From: Escherichia phage phT4A
Direction: 5' to 3' (one strand)
Length of the DNA stretch: 64,000 nucleotides
Sequence record: NC_055712.1
Shown: positions 29,232-38,622 of the stretch, piece after piece
Numbering within the stretch: position 1 is the stretch's first letter
Layout: the number at the start of each line of letters is the position of its first letter
Made by a program: the position numbers and the translations under genes
Notes under the pieces: generated by a model
The model's input: only the letters and a program-made list of their open reading frames with translations
The model's database searches: none
What the model was told of the DNA's origin: nothing

Positions 29232-29876
29232 GCAGGTATCCATTCTCATAGAAACTTCTTTCAGGATCTTATTCAGATCGTGAAGCGCATCTTTTACGTT
29301 ACCTTCGTTATAGGTAAGCATATCCTGGTACAGCCCTTTCAAGCAACGATTGATTACATATGCTTTTTCAGAAGGTAACATTGTACCAGAGCGATTATAA
29401 TCTCTGAAAATGTCCATCATCGTGCCGTTGTTACCAGGTAATGACGGGTTGAAGTTAACCATACCGGACATCAAACTATCAACATACACAACTGTTGTGT
29501 TATCAGAACGATACGCGCCACCAACTTTAAACCAGTTGCTGAACACATACGGAGATTCCCGCACTTCGCTCAAATCGGTTCCGATTTCATCGATGTTTAC
29601 ACGAATGTTGTTAAAATACACCGATTCATCAATAGAACCATGACGCCATAAGATAGCACCATTGTTATTTTTGAATCCGACTACATCAACCTGCCAGCCG
29701 TTATCTGTTAACCGGACATCATCAACGACAATGAAATCAGGTAGCTGTGAATGAAAGCCGATGTTTTCAGGACGGGAATTACGAAACCCATCACGATTGG
29801 AGAAATAAAGGATGTCGCCTTGATTCAGTTCGCATATATTCATAAGATTTTTAAAGTCCAATTCAAGTAATTCCAC
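29226..29876 (-). CDS. hypothetical protein
   Basis: 216-aa ORF immediately downstream of the vWA gene. Confidence 0.4.
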   Translation of the reverse strand: MELLELDFKNLMNICELNQGDILYFSNRDGFRNSRPENIGFHSQLPDFIVVDDVRLTDNGWQVDVVGFKNNNGAILWRHGSIDESVYFNNIRVNIDEIGTDLSEVRESPYVFSNWFKVGGAYRSDNTTVVYVDSLMSGMVNFNPSLPGNNGTMMDIFRDYNRSGTMLPSEKAYVINRCLKGLYQDMLTYNEGNVKDALHDLNKILKEVSMRMDTCK

Positions 29877-29912
29877 AAGTCACCTCAAAGCCCCCTTTCG
29901 GGGGCAAATTCA

Positions 29913-32129
29913 TTAGAGTTTGACTTCTTTTTCTTCCAGAACGATTGTGCAATCAAATTTCACATCTTTCCAGAATTCCGCTGCAACGATATCTGTTGCG
30001 GTAACGCTTACGCTGGTTTCTTCGAAATCCAGATCCGCAAACCATGCGTGTCCGACGACAATACCGTACATTACACGACTCAGGCGATTATTAAGGGCGC
30101 GAACCTCTTTAATAGTTTCCTTTGTCTGTTTATCAAGATACTCGATCAGGTCATTCTTGTCAAGCGCTTCGATCTCTTTAGATACGGTATCGTAAGCCCA
30201 CAGAATGATCAGGTCACCATTGTTGAGTTTCTTCTTACCTTCGGCGCGTTTTGCAACGGTAGCCGCAACAGCCGGAAGTGATGAAACGCCTTTGATTTTC
30301 ACGTTCAGTTCTTTCGACATGTAAACATCAGTCGATTCTGTGCGCTCAACCTTCGGAGAGAAGCCGTAATCACGGATCCCTTGCTCAGACAACCATTCAC
30401 CAGCCGCCTCGCCAAAACGCTGTTTAAGCCCTTCTGCGTTGCGTAAACCAATCGCGTTATCACGGAAGAACTTCATTACCTTCTGACGGCCTTTCAGGAT
30501 TTCCAGACGGACGTTATCAGCAACAAATTCCTTACCAGAAATACCGCGAGTCATCGAACGGTTAACCAGAGGCAGAGAGGTAAAGTCAACCAGTACAGAC
30601 ATACGGTCTTCACCAATTTTAGCCAGCGGTTTGATAGTCAGACCAGAAGCACGTAAGTTTTTCAGAGTCGGAATATCGGTTTCCAGCGGAAGTACCTTAA
30701 CGTTCACGATACCATCTTTAACAATGGTAAAGTTACGCACTTGTTTGGTTTCTACTTTTTCCGGTAATCCAAACTCTTTTTGTTTGCTTTCCGGAATGGT
30801 TACATAACCTTGCAGATCCGTATTGATGGAAATGTTCGGACGGGAACTGTTACCCACCAGGTGTTTCACTGCAACTTTCGTTGTGGTTTGGGTAAATTCC
30901 GGTTTCCATACTTCATGCGCTACCAGTTGCGCCGCCAGTGCTTTACGTTCTTCCGGAGTAGAAGCGTTTGCAATCTGTTCTGACAGTTTATCCAGAGTAT
31001 CATCATCTTTCTGGACAGTCTGACGGCCTGTACGATTGTACGCCCAGTGTTCAGAAGACAGGTCGATCACTGTGTCGGTTTCTGCCAGCAGTTCGAGAGC
31101 ATCAACCAGAGTAAACGCGTTTTCATCAGGAACCATGTTGTAATCAACACCATCCATCAGACGTTTAGCCGGATCAACAACCGCTTCGGAGATCATATCT
31201 TTAGCGTTGGAATAATCCTGTTTGGTAAAGCAGTTATCGTATGCTTTAATCAGACGCACATCACCCAGCTTTTTCAGAACTTTCCATGCCAGATCTGGAT
31301 TCATGGTATGAAGCGCATGATACAGAACCACATACAGAACCTGTTCACCTTCTGCTGTTGCCGGATCGAAGCCGTCAACGTCATTGATCGCGTTTTCACC
31401 CAGCGCCCAAATGTTTTTGATATGTTCCGGAACCAGAACAACACCATTTGCAGCATTCAGGACATACACACGGCCTTCATCCAGGTAGATCGCATGGGTT
31501 GCATCGCCAACTTTGACTTCAACACGTGCGGAGGTTTGCGCGGTAATGATTTCATCAAATGCAGGTACATACGCATCAAACCCTTCAACGAATTTGTGTA
31601 ATGCGTTGGTTGCTTCCGCCATTTTTTCCAGCAGAGGACGGTTTACATAATAACCATATTCCAGGAAAGCAATGTTGTTAAACGTCAACGGCAGAGTAGA
31701 ACACGCTTTCAGGATATCATCAGTACGCCAGCAGTTATCATAACCATCAGTCAGGAAGATCAGACTGTTCAGATTGCCATTATCCGCTTGCAGATCGGTA
31801 GCGACTTCAACCGCCAGTTGCAGAGGTTCAACGAAGCCAGTACATCCGGTCGGACGCAGATAACGATCGATAGCATCATTGATTTTGCTCAGGTCGGATA
31901 CAGAGCTAACCTTTTCGCCAACGAATACAGAACCGAACTGACCACGGCTGGAGAAATACAGAATAGATACGGTATCATCCTGTTTAACCAGCGTTGCCAG
32001 GTTGTTTTTCAGGTGCTGACGAATGCGCGGGAGTTCGTTATACATCGATCCGGATACGTCACAAACAAAAACGTGGTTAGTCGGGGTTGGTTTGGCTACG
32101 GCGTTTTTGAATTCAATGTTAGTGATCAT
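29913..32129 (-). CDS. von Willebrand factor A (vWA) domain protein, 738 aa
   Basis: N-terminal VFVCDVSGSM matches the MIDAS DxSxS motif, with conserved T and D further into the fold (FLTDGYD). Confidence 0.65.
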   Translation of the reverse strand: MITNIEFKNAVAKPTPTNHVFVCDVSGSMYNELPRIRQHLKNNLATLVKQDDTVSILYFSSRGQFGSVFVGEKVSSVSDLSKINDAIDRYLRPTGCTGFVEPLQLAVEVATDLQADNGNLNSLIFLTDGYDNCWRTDDILKACSTLPLTFNNIAFLEYGYYVNRPLLEKMAEATNALHKFVEGFDAYVPAFDEIITAQTSARVEVKVGDATHAIYLDEGRVYVLNAANGVVLVPEHIKNIWALGENAINDVDGFDPATAEGEQVLYVVLYHALHTMNPDLAWKVLKKLGDVRLIKAYDNCFTKQDYSNAKDMISEAVVDPAKRLMDGVDYNMVPDENAFTLVDALELLAETDTVIDLSSEHWAYNRTGRQTVQKDDDTLDKLSEQIANASTPEERKALAAQLVAHEVWKPEFTQTTTKVAVKHLVGNSSRPNISINTDLQGYVTIPESKQKEFGLPEKVETKQVRNFTIVKDGIVNVKVLPLETDIPTLKNLRASGLTIKPLAKIGEDRMSVLVDFTSLPLVNRSMTRGISGKEFVADNVRLEILKGRQKVMKFFRDNAIGLRNAEGLKQRFGEAAGEWLSEQGIRDYGFSPKVERTESTDVYMSKELNVKIKGVSSLPAVAATVAKRAEGKKKLNNGDLIILWAYDTVSKEIEALDKNDLIEYLDKQTKETIKEVRALNNRLSRVMYGIVVGHAWFADLDFEETSVSVTATDIVAAEFWKDVKFDCTIVLEEKEVKL

Positions 32130-32136
32130 AATTTTC

Positions 32137-32457
32137 TCATTTATAGGTAAATTTGATTAAAATTTCGTTTACTTTTTTGCTAATTATATCTAATGCATCA
32201 TCGCATCCAAACTTACTACTCAACAATGAAACAAAATCATCCATCGTTGTTGTTTGAGACTCGCCAACGTCAAAAGACAGAGCGTAGGCAACAGGATTTT
32301 TAATCCTTACGATTTGAATAGTATACTCATTCAGGTCAAACCGTTCAAGATATTTTCGCAAAGAAAATAAATCAATCGGTACTGGTAGAGTTTGACTAAA
32401 CGTTATTTCTTCCCCCAGTTGATAGGGGGGCATTTTTACACAGATTTCGTATTCCAT
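32137..32457 (-). CDS. hypothetical protein
   Basis: ORF immediately upstream of the vWA gene. Confidence 0.4.
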   Translation of the reverse strand: MEYEICVKMPPYQLGEEITFSQTLPVPIDLFSLRKYLERFDLNEYTIQIVRIKNPVAYALSFDVGESQTTTMDDFVSLLSSKFGCDDALDIISKKVNEILIKFTYK

Positions 32458-32972
32458 CAGTGATGACTCTTCATAGTGTGTTCCAGATTACGGAAAATTT
32501 GCCCGTGTTCAAGCTGGGATTGGAATTCTCCGCATTCATCAGAGTAAGTAAATTCATAAATGAATACACCGTCCTGATTGCCAAATTTAGAGTTGTACTC
32601 TTCATACAACCACATCTTGATCAGAGCGTCTTTCTCTTCTGTTTCCAGATCATACCAGTCACGCCCATCATAAGCAAGCGCAATTTGAGGATTAGACCGA
32701 TATCGAGTTTCGGCGCTATCTTCGGTTTCCCATTCATAACGCTTATCATCATAGTATGATTCGAAGCTATTTCCCATATGACCGCCCAGGTCGCGGTGTA
32801 CCTGCTGTACAACTTCTTCCGCTGTCGGGCAAGTCATCCAGCTATAACCACAGTTAGGAACACAGTCACCCATCATTTCGCGGAGATTGTTGATATCAGT
32901 CGGATCCTTCGGGAACCGTACAATAAAGCTACTTGATGAACTATTGCTCACAAAACCAGAACGGATTTTCAT
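32457..32972 (-). CDS. hypothetical protein, MKIRSGFVSNSSSSSF-family paralog B
   Basis: Start set at MKIRSGF; N-terminus identical to paralog A; Cys/His-containing acidic remainder. Confidence 0.5.
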   Translation of the reverse strand: MKIRSGFVSNSSSSSFIVRFPKDPTDINNLREMMGDCVPNCGYSWMTCPTAEEVVQQVHRDLGGHMGNSFESYYDDKRYEWETEDSAETRYRSNPQIALAYDGRDWYDLETEEKDALIKMWLYEEYNSKFGNQDGVFIYEFTYSDECGEFQSQLEHGQIFRNLEHTMKSHH

Positions 32973-33211
32973 TATAATTTCTCCCACTCAAACGTTGTGA
33001 AATGTTTTCTTTCGTCATACCCAACAGTACAACAATGTGTTGGCTTTCCTGTGAATCCATCAAACACAGTTATACAATAGTAATGCAAAGATGGAAGCGG
33101 TGTATGCTTAATGTAGTTGATCGCGACGTTCAGGTCAACAGTAGAACATACACAATCAGACGTTTGATCAAAACGGCCATCAAAAATCAACTCAATGCTA
33201 TAGATGTTCAT
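32972..33211 (-). CDS. hypothetical protein
   Basis: ORF only. Confidence 0.3.
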   Translation of the reverse strand: MNIYSIELIFDGRFDQTSDCVCSTVDLNVAINYIKHTPLPSLHYYCITVFDGFTGKPTHCCTVGYDERKHFTTFEWEKL

Positions 33212-33500
33212 CTTTCACTTCCTTCATATTTTTCATAACTTCTTCAAAAGTTATAGGGTAAGGAGAAAACGTTATTTGATTAATATTTCTCGATTCCCAC
33301 CGAGTTCTATCTAGTTCTGAGTAGGATATTAACTTACTATTATCCCATACGCTAAAACGAATATTATCTATAGAACCAAGATATGAAAAACAATCATGGT
33401 TGTTTACTGCATCAATACAAACCTGTAGAGATTCAGATACACATATAATTTCGCCCGGTTCATAATCAAGCAATCTTTCTCCGACAAAAATCATAACCAC
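33198..33500 (-). CDS. hypothetical protein
   Basis: ORF only. Confidence 0.35.
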   Translation of the reverse strand: MVMIFVGERLLDYEPGEIICVSESLQVCIDAVNNHDCFSYLGSIDNIRFSVWDNSKLISYSELDRTRWESRNINQITFSPYPITFEEVMKNMKEVKDEHL

Positions 33501-33700
33501 CCCCTAACAATGCTAACCAGCAGTAAACCCAGGATCCAGAACACGGCAACCGCACAAATACGGGCCATTACTACATTTCCGCGACTAGTCCACTCCGCAC
33601 TAAGAAACAAGAGGACAAACGTTAACGCGTATAAAACCATTTCAATAACTTCGGTAATCATATAAACCCCACGAAAAAGCCCCTTTCGGGGCTTGATTAA

Positions 33701-33979
33701 TCAATGTCCGAACACACCACGAATAGACTCTGCGAATGCATACAGTTCAGGATTTTTAGCTTTCACTGTTTCGATTTGTTCCAGAATGTAATCTGGCTTG
33801 TATTTCGCACCGAACCAGCAGTAAGAGAAAGAGCGATCCCACATGAACACGTTATAGTATTCACCGTTGCGAACTTCAACCATCACATAACCAGGATTAG
33901 AACCCAGCGGATAATCTTTCAGAAGATTGAATTTCGCGCCAGCACCAGTACATCCGTTAAACAGGTCATTAAAAGTCAT
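33701..33979 (-). CDS. hypothetical protein
   Basis: ORF preceded by a GCCCC-TTTCG-GGGGC hairpin. Confidence 0.4.
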   Translation of the reverse strand: MTFNDLFNGCTGAGAKFNLLKDYPLGSNPGYVMVEVRNGEYYNVFMWDRSFSYCWFGAKYKPDYILEQIETVKAKNPELYAFAESIRGVFGH

Positions 33980-34037
33980 GGTATGTTCCTTTTGTCAGTT
34001 TCGTTTCAACAAGGTCACTATACTATTCTTCGTTAGC

Positions 34038-34571
34038 CTATGCAAGATTTAATTTAGCAAATTCTCCAAAATGTTTTATCGCTTCCTGGTCGTATGCTTT
34101 TGCAGCCTCTAACTCATCACTATAAGAACCGATATGCTTAACCTTACCATCAACCATTATCTGTGCAATGTAACGTATTCCGGTTGGTTGATTGCGTACA
34201 CATACACCCTTGAATATGCTGGTTCCTTCCTTTCGCCGTTTCCTGTTCTGAGAGTTGCGGGATTGGTTCGCTTCGCGCAAGTTATCAATCCCGTCACCAG
34301 CCTCAACACCATTTTTGTGATCAATCACATCAGGTAGTTTTCCGGTCGCAACGTAGTAGATGATTCGATGGCGTAGATACCCTTTGCTTTTGAAATAAAC
34401 GCGTGTATATCCTCCTTTGATCTTCGAACCAACTTCCTTTCCGATCAAGTCGGAACGTTTATGCGATGTTCGTATAATCTTTCCTGTGTGGACATCAACA
34501 GAAACAGTTTTGAGGAATTCATCAATTCCTCTCTGTTCTTCTTCAACTGTTCTTAATCCATTATGTGACAT
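34038..34571 (-). CDS. HNH-AP2 homing endonuclease (paralog 3 of 4)
   Basis: VIDHKNG...DNLREANQ HNH core; AP2-like FKGVCVRNQPTGIRYIAQIMVDGKVKHIGSYSDELEAAKAYD; start overlaps the 3' end of the methyltransferase gene by 19 nt. Confidence 0.8.
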   Translation of the reverse strand: MSHNGLRTVEEEQRGIDEFLKTVSVDVHTGKIIRTSHKRSDLIGKEVGSKIKGGYTRVYFKSKGYLRHRIIYYVATGKLPDVIDHKNGVEAGDGIDNLREANQSRNSQNRKRRKEGTSIFKGVCVRNQPTGIRYIAQIMVDGKVKHIGSYSDELEAAKAYDQEAIKHFGEFAKLNLA

Positions 34572-35476
34572 AACGCCTTCTTAATTTGTTTTGCTATGGC
34601 TTCAATCACTGGGATGGAAACTGAATTCCCAGCCTGTTTGTAAGCCTGTATTTTGCTTTCAGGGATGATAAACGAATCCGGAAACCCTTGTAACCTAAAA
34701 CATTCTCGCGGGCTTAATCTTCTAGGGTTCTTACCTTCCTGTAATACCAGACATTGAACACCGTCCTTTCCATATTGGGCTGTTATCGTCCCAGTACACA
34801 CAGAATCCACCATAACGGCCTGATAACCAAACCCCTTGCCGTTTGCCTTGTTTCGTTCTTTACGCTCTCTAAAGCCCTTCCAGGCACGATCTGATATGGT
34901 GTATTGATCATTATCCGGTTCGAGAATGTCACCGACCCTTGTTGGGGTACGTGGAGGAACAGGAAAACTAAAGAACACTGGATCGCGAAAGCAGACAATA
35001 AACACACGCTCTCTTCGTTGAGGCAATCCAAAATCTTTTGTATTCATTACCTGATAATGGATATCGTATCCTTCGTCCTGTAACAGCCTGTAGATGGTTT
35101 TAAACGTGTTTCCCTTGTCATGGGTTAATAGCTGGGGAACATTCTCAAAGAACAGCACAGAGGGCTTTTTAGCCCGTATAATGCGGAGTATTTCAAAGAT
35201 GATAGTACCGCGAGGATCTAACATGCCCTGTTTTAAACCTGCTTTACTGAACGCCTGACAAGGAAACCCAGCTAACAGGATATCATGATCAGGCACATCA
35301 TTTTCATCAATGGCGAATATATCACCCTGAATATTTTCATCGCCCCAGTTATCAGCATATGTTTGTTGTGCATGTTTATCGATTTCAGACGTTAAAAGGC
35401 ATTCGACCCCGCCGAATGCCTTATCGAAACCGAGCCTCACGCCACCAACACCAGCGCAAAGGTCAATTATTTTCAT
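34553..35476 (-). CDS. DNA (cytosine-5)-methyltransferase
   Basis: C5-MTase motifs: I DLCAGVGG, IV GFPCQAFS, VI ENV, QxRxR-like QRRER. Confidence 0.85.
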   Translation of the reverse strand: MKIIDLCAGVGGVRLGFDKAFGGVECLLTSEIDKHAQQTYADNWGDENIQGDIFAIDENDVPDHDILLAGFPCQAFSKAGLKQGMLDPRGTIIFEILRIIRAKKPSVLFFENVPQLLTHDKGNTFKTIYRLLQDEGYDIHYQVMNTKDFGLPQRRERVFIVCFRDPVFFSFPVPPRTPTRVGDILEPDNDQYTISDRAWKGFRERKERNKANGKGFGYQAVMVDSVCTGTITAQYGKDGVQCLVLQEGKNPRRLSPRECFRLQGFPDSFIIPESKIQAYKQAGNSVSIPVIEAIAKQIKKALCHIMD

Positions 35477-35739
35477 ACGTCGAAATCAACCTCATCGATT
35501 TTGTATGATTCTTCGCCAATATCAGCCCATAGCTGAATATTCACGCTTTTCGCATCACGATAAAGAGATTGACCACAAAGCCCACCTGTATAACAAGTTT
35601 CTGTAATCTCGTTAACTTCCAGGCGGAGGCTATTGCGCATAATTTTAACAACAGCCTTTTCCATTGCAGAATCCAGGGTTTTAGTATCACCCAATACTAC
35701 ATCTTTAACGTTCAAAATAACATCACTCATTATCGCCAC
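35473..35739 (-). CDS. hypothetical protein
   Basis: ORF only. Confidence 0.35.
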   Translation of the reverse strand: MAIMSDVILNVKDVVLGDTKTLDSAMEKAVVKIMRNSLRLEVNEITETCYTGGLCGQSLYRDAKSVNIQLWADIGEESYKIDEVDFDV

Positions 35740-35975
35740 TCCGTTTCAATTCCGTGTTTGTATGCGTCAACGCCCAGAGGGGTGATCACTAAACACATAT
35801 CAGTATTTTTCGTTGGTGAACTAAACGCCATAGATGCATAACCTTTTTGAATCAGGGCATCACGCCCCGATTTACTGGGAACATCGTTGAAATCTAAATC
35901 CAACATTTTTGACGAGTATCTGTAAAGTTTACACAGAACATCAATTTCAGCGCCGGATAATTTCGGGTATGTCAT
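35730..35975 (-). CDS. hypothetical protein
   Basis: ORF only. Confidence 0.35.
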   Translation of the reverse strand: MTYPKLSGAEIDVLCKLYRYSSKMLDLDFNDVPSKSGRDALIQKGYASMAFSSPTKNTDMCLVITPLGVDAYKHGIETEWR

Positions 35976-36940
35976 TTGTAGTACCTCACAACATGTTCAG
36001 AATACACACGTTCAATGAAATCATTCCAGAAATCGCGATCAACTTCTTTCGGATAACCAGATACAGCCGCCAGCTTTTCAACTTCACACATCGTTGATTC
36101 TAGCGCCTCTTGTACGGTTGCGAAAGGAACACCGCCAGCTTTAACCATTTTCAAAAATGCGCTATCCGGAAGAGGATACACAATATCACCTTCTTTGAAA
36201 ATCTGGATCAATTGCATACCACCGCGCAACGCATGAGAAAGAGCTTTCCAGTCGATCCCGTTGTTGGCTTCTGCTTGCCGTGCGCGTTCCCCGTATTCAT
36301 CCCAGAGTTTATACACGGATTTCTTCATTTCCGCTACAGTGATCGTAGACTGGAATTTACGCCCCAGAACTTCATAAAATTCCTGACAACCTGATTTCAG
36401 TGTTTTGTCTGTAACGAATCGACAAAACTCATTGGTCGGGAATCGGTTAGAAATCTCACCAACTTTGATGCGCTTGCCGTAATTAGATTCATCCACGTTA
36501 CCCAGCAATGATGTACCATACCAGTAATCGGGAATCATTTGTAACACATCAACAACTTCACGCAGTGCCGCCAGGCGAGAACCTTTAACACCATACTTCG
36601 CCGCTTGCTTACGAACATAACCAAACAGGCCAGTTAATTCCGTAGTGTAGAAGCGCGAACGGTTAGCGCGGAGATATTGCCAGATATCAGAGTTAGCGAT
36701 CAGCTTGCTATCATCTGCATGAAGCATATCAATCGCCACGGTATCACCATCACATGCGAGGCTAATAAACTTTTGCAGACTGTAAATCTGACGATCTACG
36801 TCATTAACATCGTTCTTTGAGTTTTTATCACCAGTTGATGTATCGATAGACTTCTTCGCAGTGCCTAACAGGATTTCGCGAGGATGAGGGAGATAGATCC
36901 CTTTGTAGTCTTTATCGCTTGTTGGTGTTTCCAGTCCGTA
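35972..36940 (-). CDS. nucleotidyltransferase-fold protein, 5' end lost in assembly gap
   Basis: Reading frame is open from the gap edge: YGLETPTSDKDYKGIYLP... is a Pol-beta-type NTase signature (SDxD after a Gly-rich strand). Confidence 0.4.
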   Translation of the reverse strand, partial: YGLETPTSDKDYKGIYLPHPREILLGTAKKSIDTSTGDKNSKNDVNDVDRQIYSLQKFISLACDGDTVAIDMLHADDSKLIANSDIWQYLRANRSRFYTTELTGLFGYVRKQAAKYGVKGSRLAALREVVDVLQMIPDYWYGTSLLGNVDESNYGKRIKVGEISNRFPTNEFCRFVTDKTLKSGCQEFYEVLGRKFQSTITVAEMKKSVYKLWDEYGERARQAEANNGIDWKALSHALRGGMQLIQIFKEGDIVYPLPDSAFLKMVKAGGVPFATVQEALESTMCEVEKLAAVSGYPKEVDRDFWNDFIERVYSEHVVRYYK

Positions 36941-37040
36941 NNNNNNNNNNNNNNNNNNNNNNNNNNNNNNNNNNNNNNNNNNNNNNNNNNNNNNNNNNNN
37001 NNNNNNNNNNNNNNNNNNNNNNNNNNNNNNNNNNNNNNNN
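36941..37040. other. assembly gap (100 N)
   Basis: Run of exactly 100 N. Confidence 0.95.
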
Positions 37041-37410
37041 CTACATGGGTAACAATACCATCAACAGCAGAACGAGAATTAACATAAATTTTGCTAATCT
37101 CCGCCATGAAAACACTATCTCTCAGATATCGAGCAGTCACTTTATCTAAACACTGAGAAGATACTTTATCTCCGCCAGGATATACTGAGATAATCATTAC
37201 ATGACCCTGAACACGAGCGGTTCCTACTTTATGCAGAATGTAAACCATCGAACCATCAGAATCTTTAGATACAAGGATCACACTGAAAGATTCTTTGTGT
37301 TGCTTCCGAGTTTCTCCACAAGTAAAAGATACTTCCAGAAAATCACCAACTTTAACACCACGGGGTTTTGCTACTTGTTCACGAACACTAATAACAGGGA
37401 TCATAATCAT
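37041..37410 (-). CDS. hypothetical protein, 3' end lost in gap (may be the N-terminal part of the NTase-fold gene)
   Basis: ORF from ATG at 37410 is open into the gap. Confidence 0.3.
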
Positions 37411-37679
37411 TTCCTCACAGTTTCAAATTCTTCATCAGATTTCCAATATACGTTAAAATTACGACAATCGTGTTCGGATGTCAACGTGTATTTTTCATTT
37501 GTTTTTTCGTCAGTGATAACCATAGTTTCATTCTCGATCGAGTTAACACCGTAAACGAAAACATTCTCACCACGTTTGTTTAAAAACGCATCACCCTTTT
37601 CAATCAACTGCCAACAGGTAACAGGCAAACCACCCGGACTAACCGGGCGGGTAACAAGACAATAGGGATGTTTAATCAT
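37407..37679 (-). CDS. hypothetical protein
   Basis: ORF with ATGA-type overlap. Confidence 0.35.
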   Translation of the reverse strand: MIKHPYCLVTRPVSPGGLPVTCWQLIEKGDAFLNKRGENVFVYGVNSIENETMVITDEKTNEKYTLTSEHDCRNFNVYWKSDEEFETVRK

Positions 37680-37870
37680 TTAAATTCTTCCATTGCATAG
37701 GAAGTAAGATCTTTGAAATACCTTGCGGTGTTGCCTTCTGGGTTGTTTGTAATCTCCATCAGGATAACAGCACTATCAACTCCTGCTTTCTTAGCCATGA
37801 ATGAAAGGGCTTCGGTAGCAATAATCGTTGCTTTCATAACATCAGCTTTAGAAACGTTGATTGTATTCAT
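37676..37870 (-). CDS. hypothetical protein
   Basis: ORF downstream of a promoter cassette. Confidence 0.35.
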   Translation of the reverse strand: MNTINVSKADVMKATIIATEALSFMAKKAGVDSAVILMEITNNPEGNTARYFKDLTSYAMEEFK

Positions 37871-37906
37871 TTTTCTTCCTTTTCATTAATCACTTGGTAT
37901 GTGTGT

Positions 37907-37950
37907 ATAATACAAAAGCCCTCACGAGAACGCAAGGGCTTTTTATTAAA
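37907..37950 (-). promoter_or_regulatory. stem-loop + sigma70 promoter cassette (PeSL-like)
   Basis: Minus strand: hairpin GCCCTTGCGTTCTCGTGAGGGC carrying TTGCGT, 17-nt spacer, TATTAT. Confidence 0.5.
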
Positions 37951-38043
37951 TTTCGTATAAATCTGGATTCACAATAACCGCACATAAAAGATCATCTATA
38001 TGTGCGGCTTCTTGTTCTAAGGTTTGCTTAGATGAATGTGCTT

Positions 38044-38622
38044 TCAAGCAACCCCCGTAAAGGCGTTTACTATCTGGAAATGATCATCGAAGAATTCCCC
38101 TTGTCGTTGCACGACCTCATGCATAGGTAGCCAGAACGCGTCTGCTGCATCATCAGCACCGCCCATGATACGAGGCAATGAACCATCGTTATTAGGTTCG
38201 AGCTTGATATACTGTGCTACAGTCGGTTTTGAGAAGTACACCGAACGTTTCGGATGATCGAACAGCATCGAATTACGGATAGAACCACGAATAACCTTTT
38301 CAGGTACTTTAATTCGTACTTCTTCCAGTAATTCACGGATCGCACAATCAAGGAACGTTTCGTTACCGTTTTTGTGTCCACCCGGAAGCGCTAACGCATC
38401 TTTACCAGGCGCAAACTTACGACGGATTACTAACACGTGGTTATTACATACGACCACTGAATCAGCCGTGCAACAGTTCAGAGAATCCGGATACGGATAT
38501 TTTTTGAACTTGTCAATCTCTCGTTGCCAGTGCGCATCTTCATGGGACAAACGCTGGAATTCTTTTGTTTGTGTCCATTCATCGATAAAGGAAACCGTAG
38601 TGCTAGGCGCATATTTTAACAA
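38044..38622 (-). CDS. Nudix hydrolase
   Basis: Nudix box GGHKNGNETFLDCAIRELLEEV; overlaps the upstream NMNAT gene by 7 nt. Confidence 0.75.
   Translation of the reverse strand: MLKYAPSTTVSFIDEWTQTKEFQRLSHEDAHWQREIDKFKKYPYPDSLNCCTADSVVVCNNHVLVIRRKFAPGKDALALPGGHKNGNETFLDCAIRELLEEVRIKVPEKVIRGSIRNSMLFDHPKRSVYFSKPTVAQYIKLEPNNDGSLPRIMGGADDAADAFWLPMHEVVQRQGEFFDDHFQIVNAFTGVA

Noticed and set aside
31047-31601. Plus-strand ORF of 184 aa, and other antisense ORFs such as 669-1007, 1242-1538, 7294-7677, 16170-16586, 18371-18823, 29920-30281, 45483-45914
   Set aside because: Each is fully embedded antisense within a well-supported gene on the other strand and has no SD or recognisable domain.
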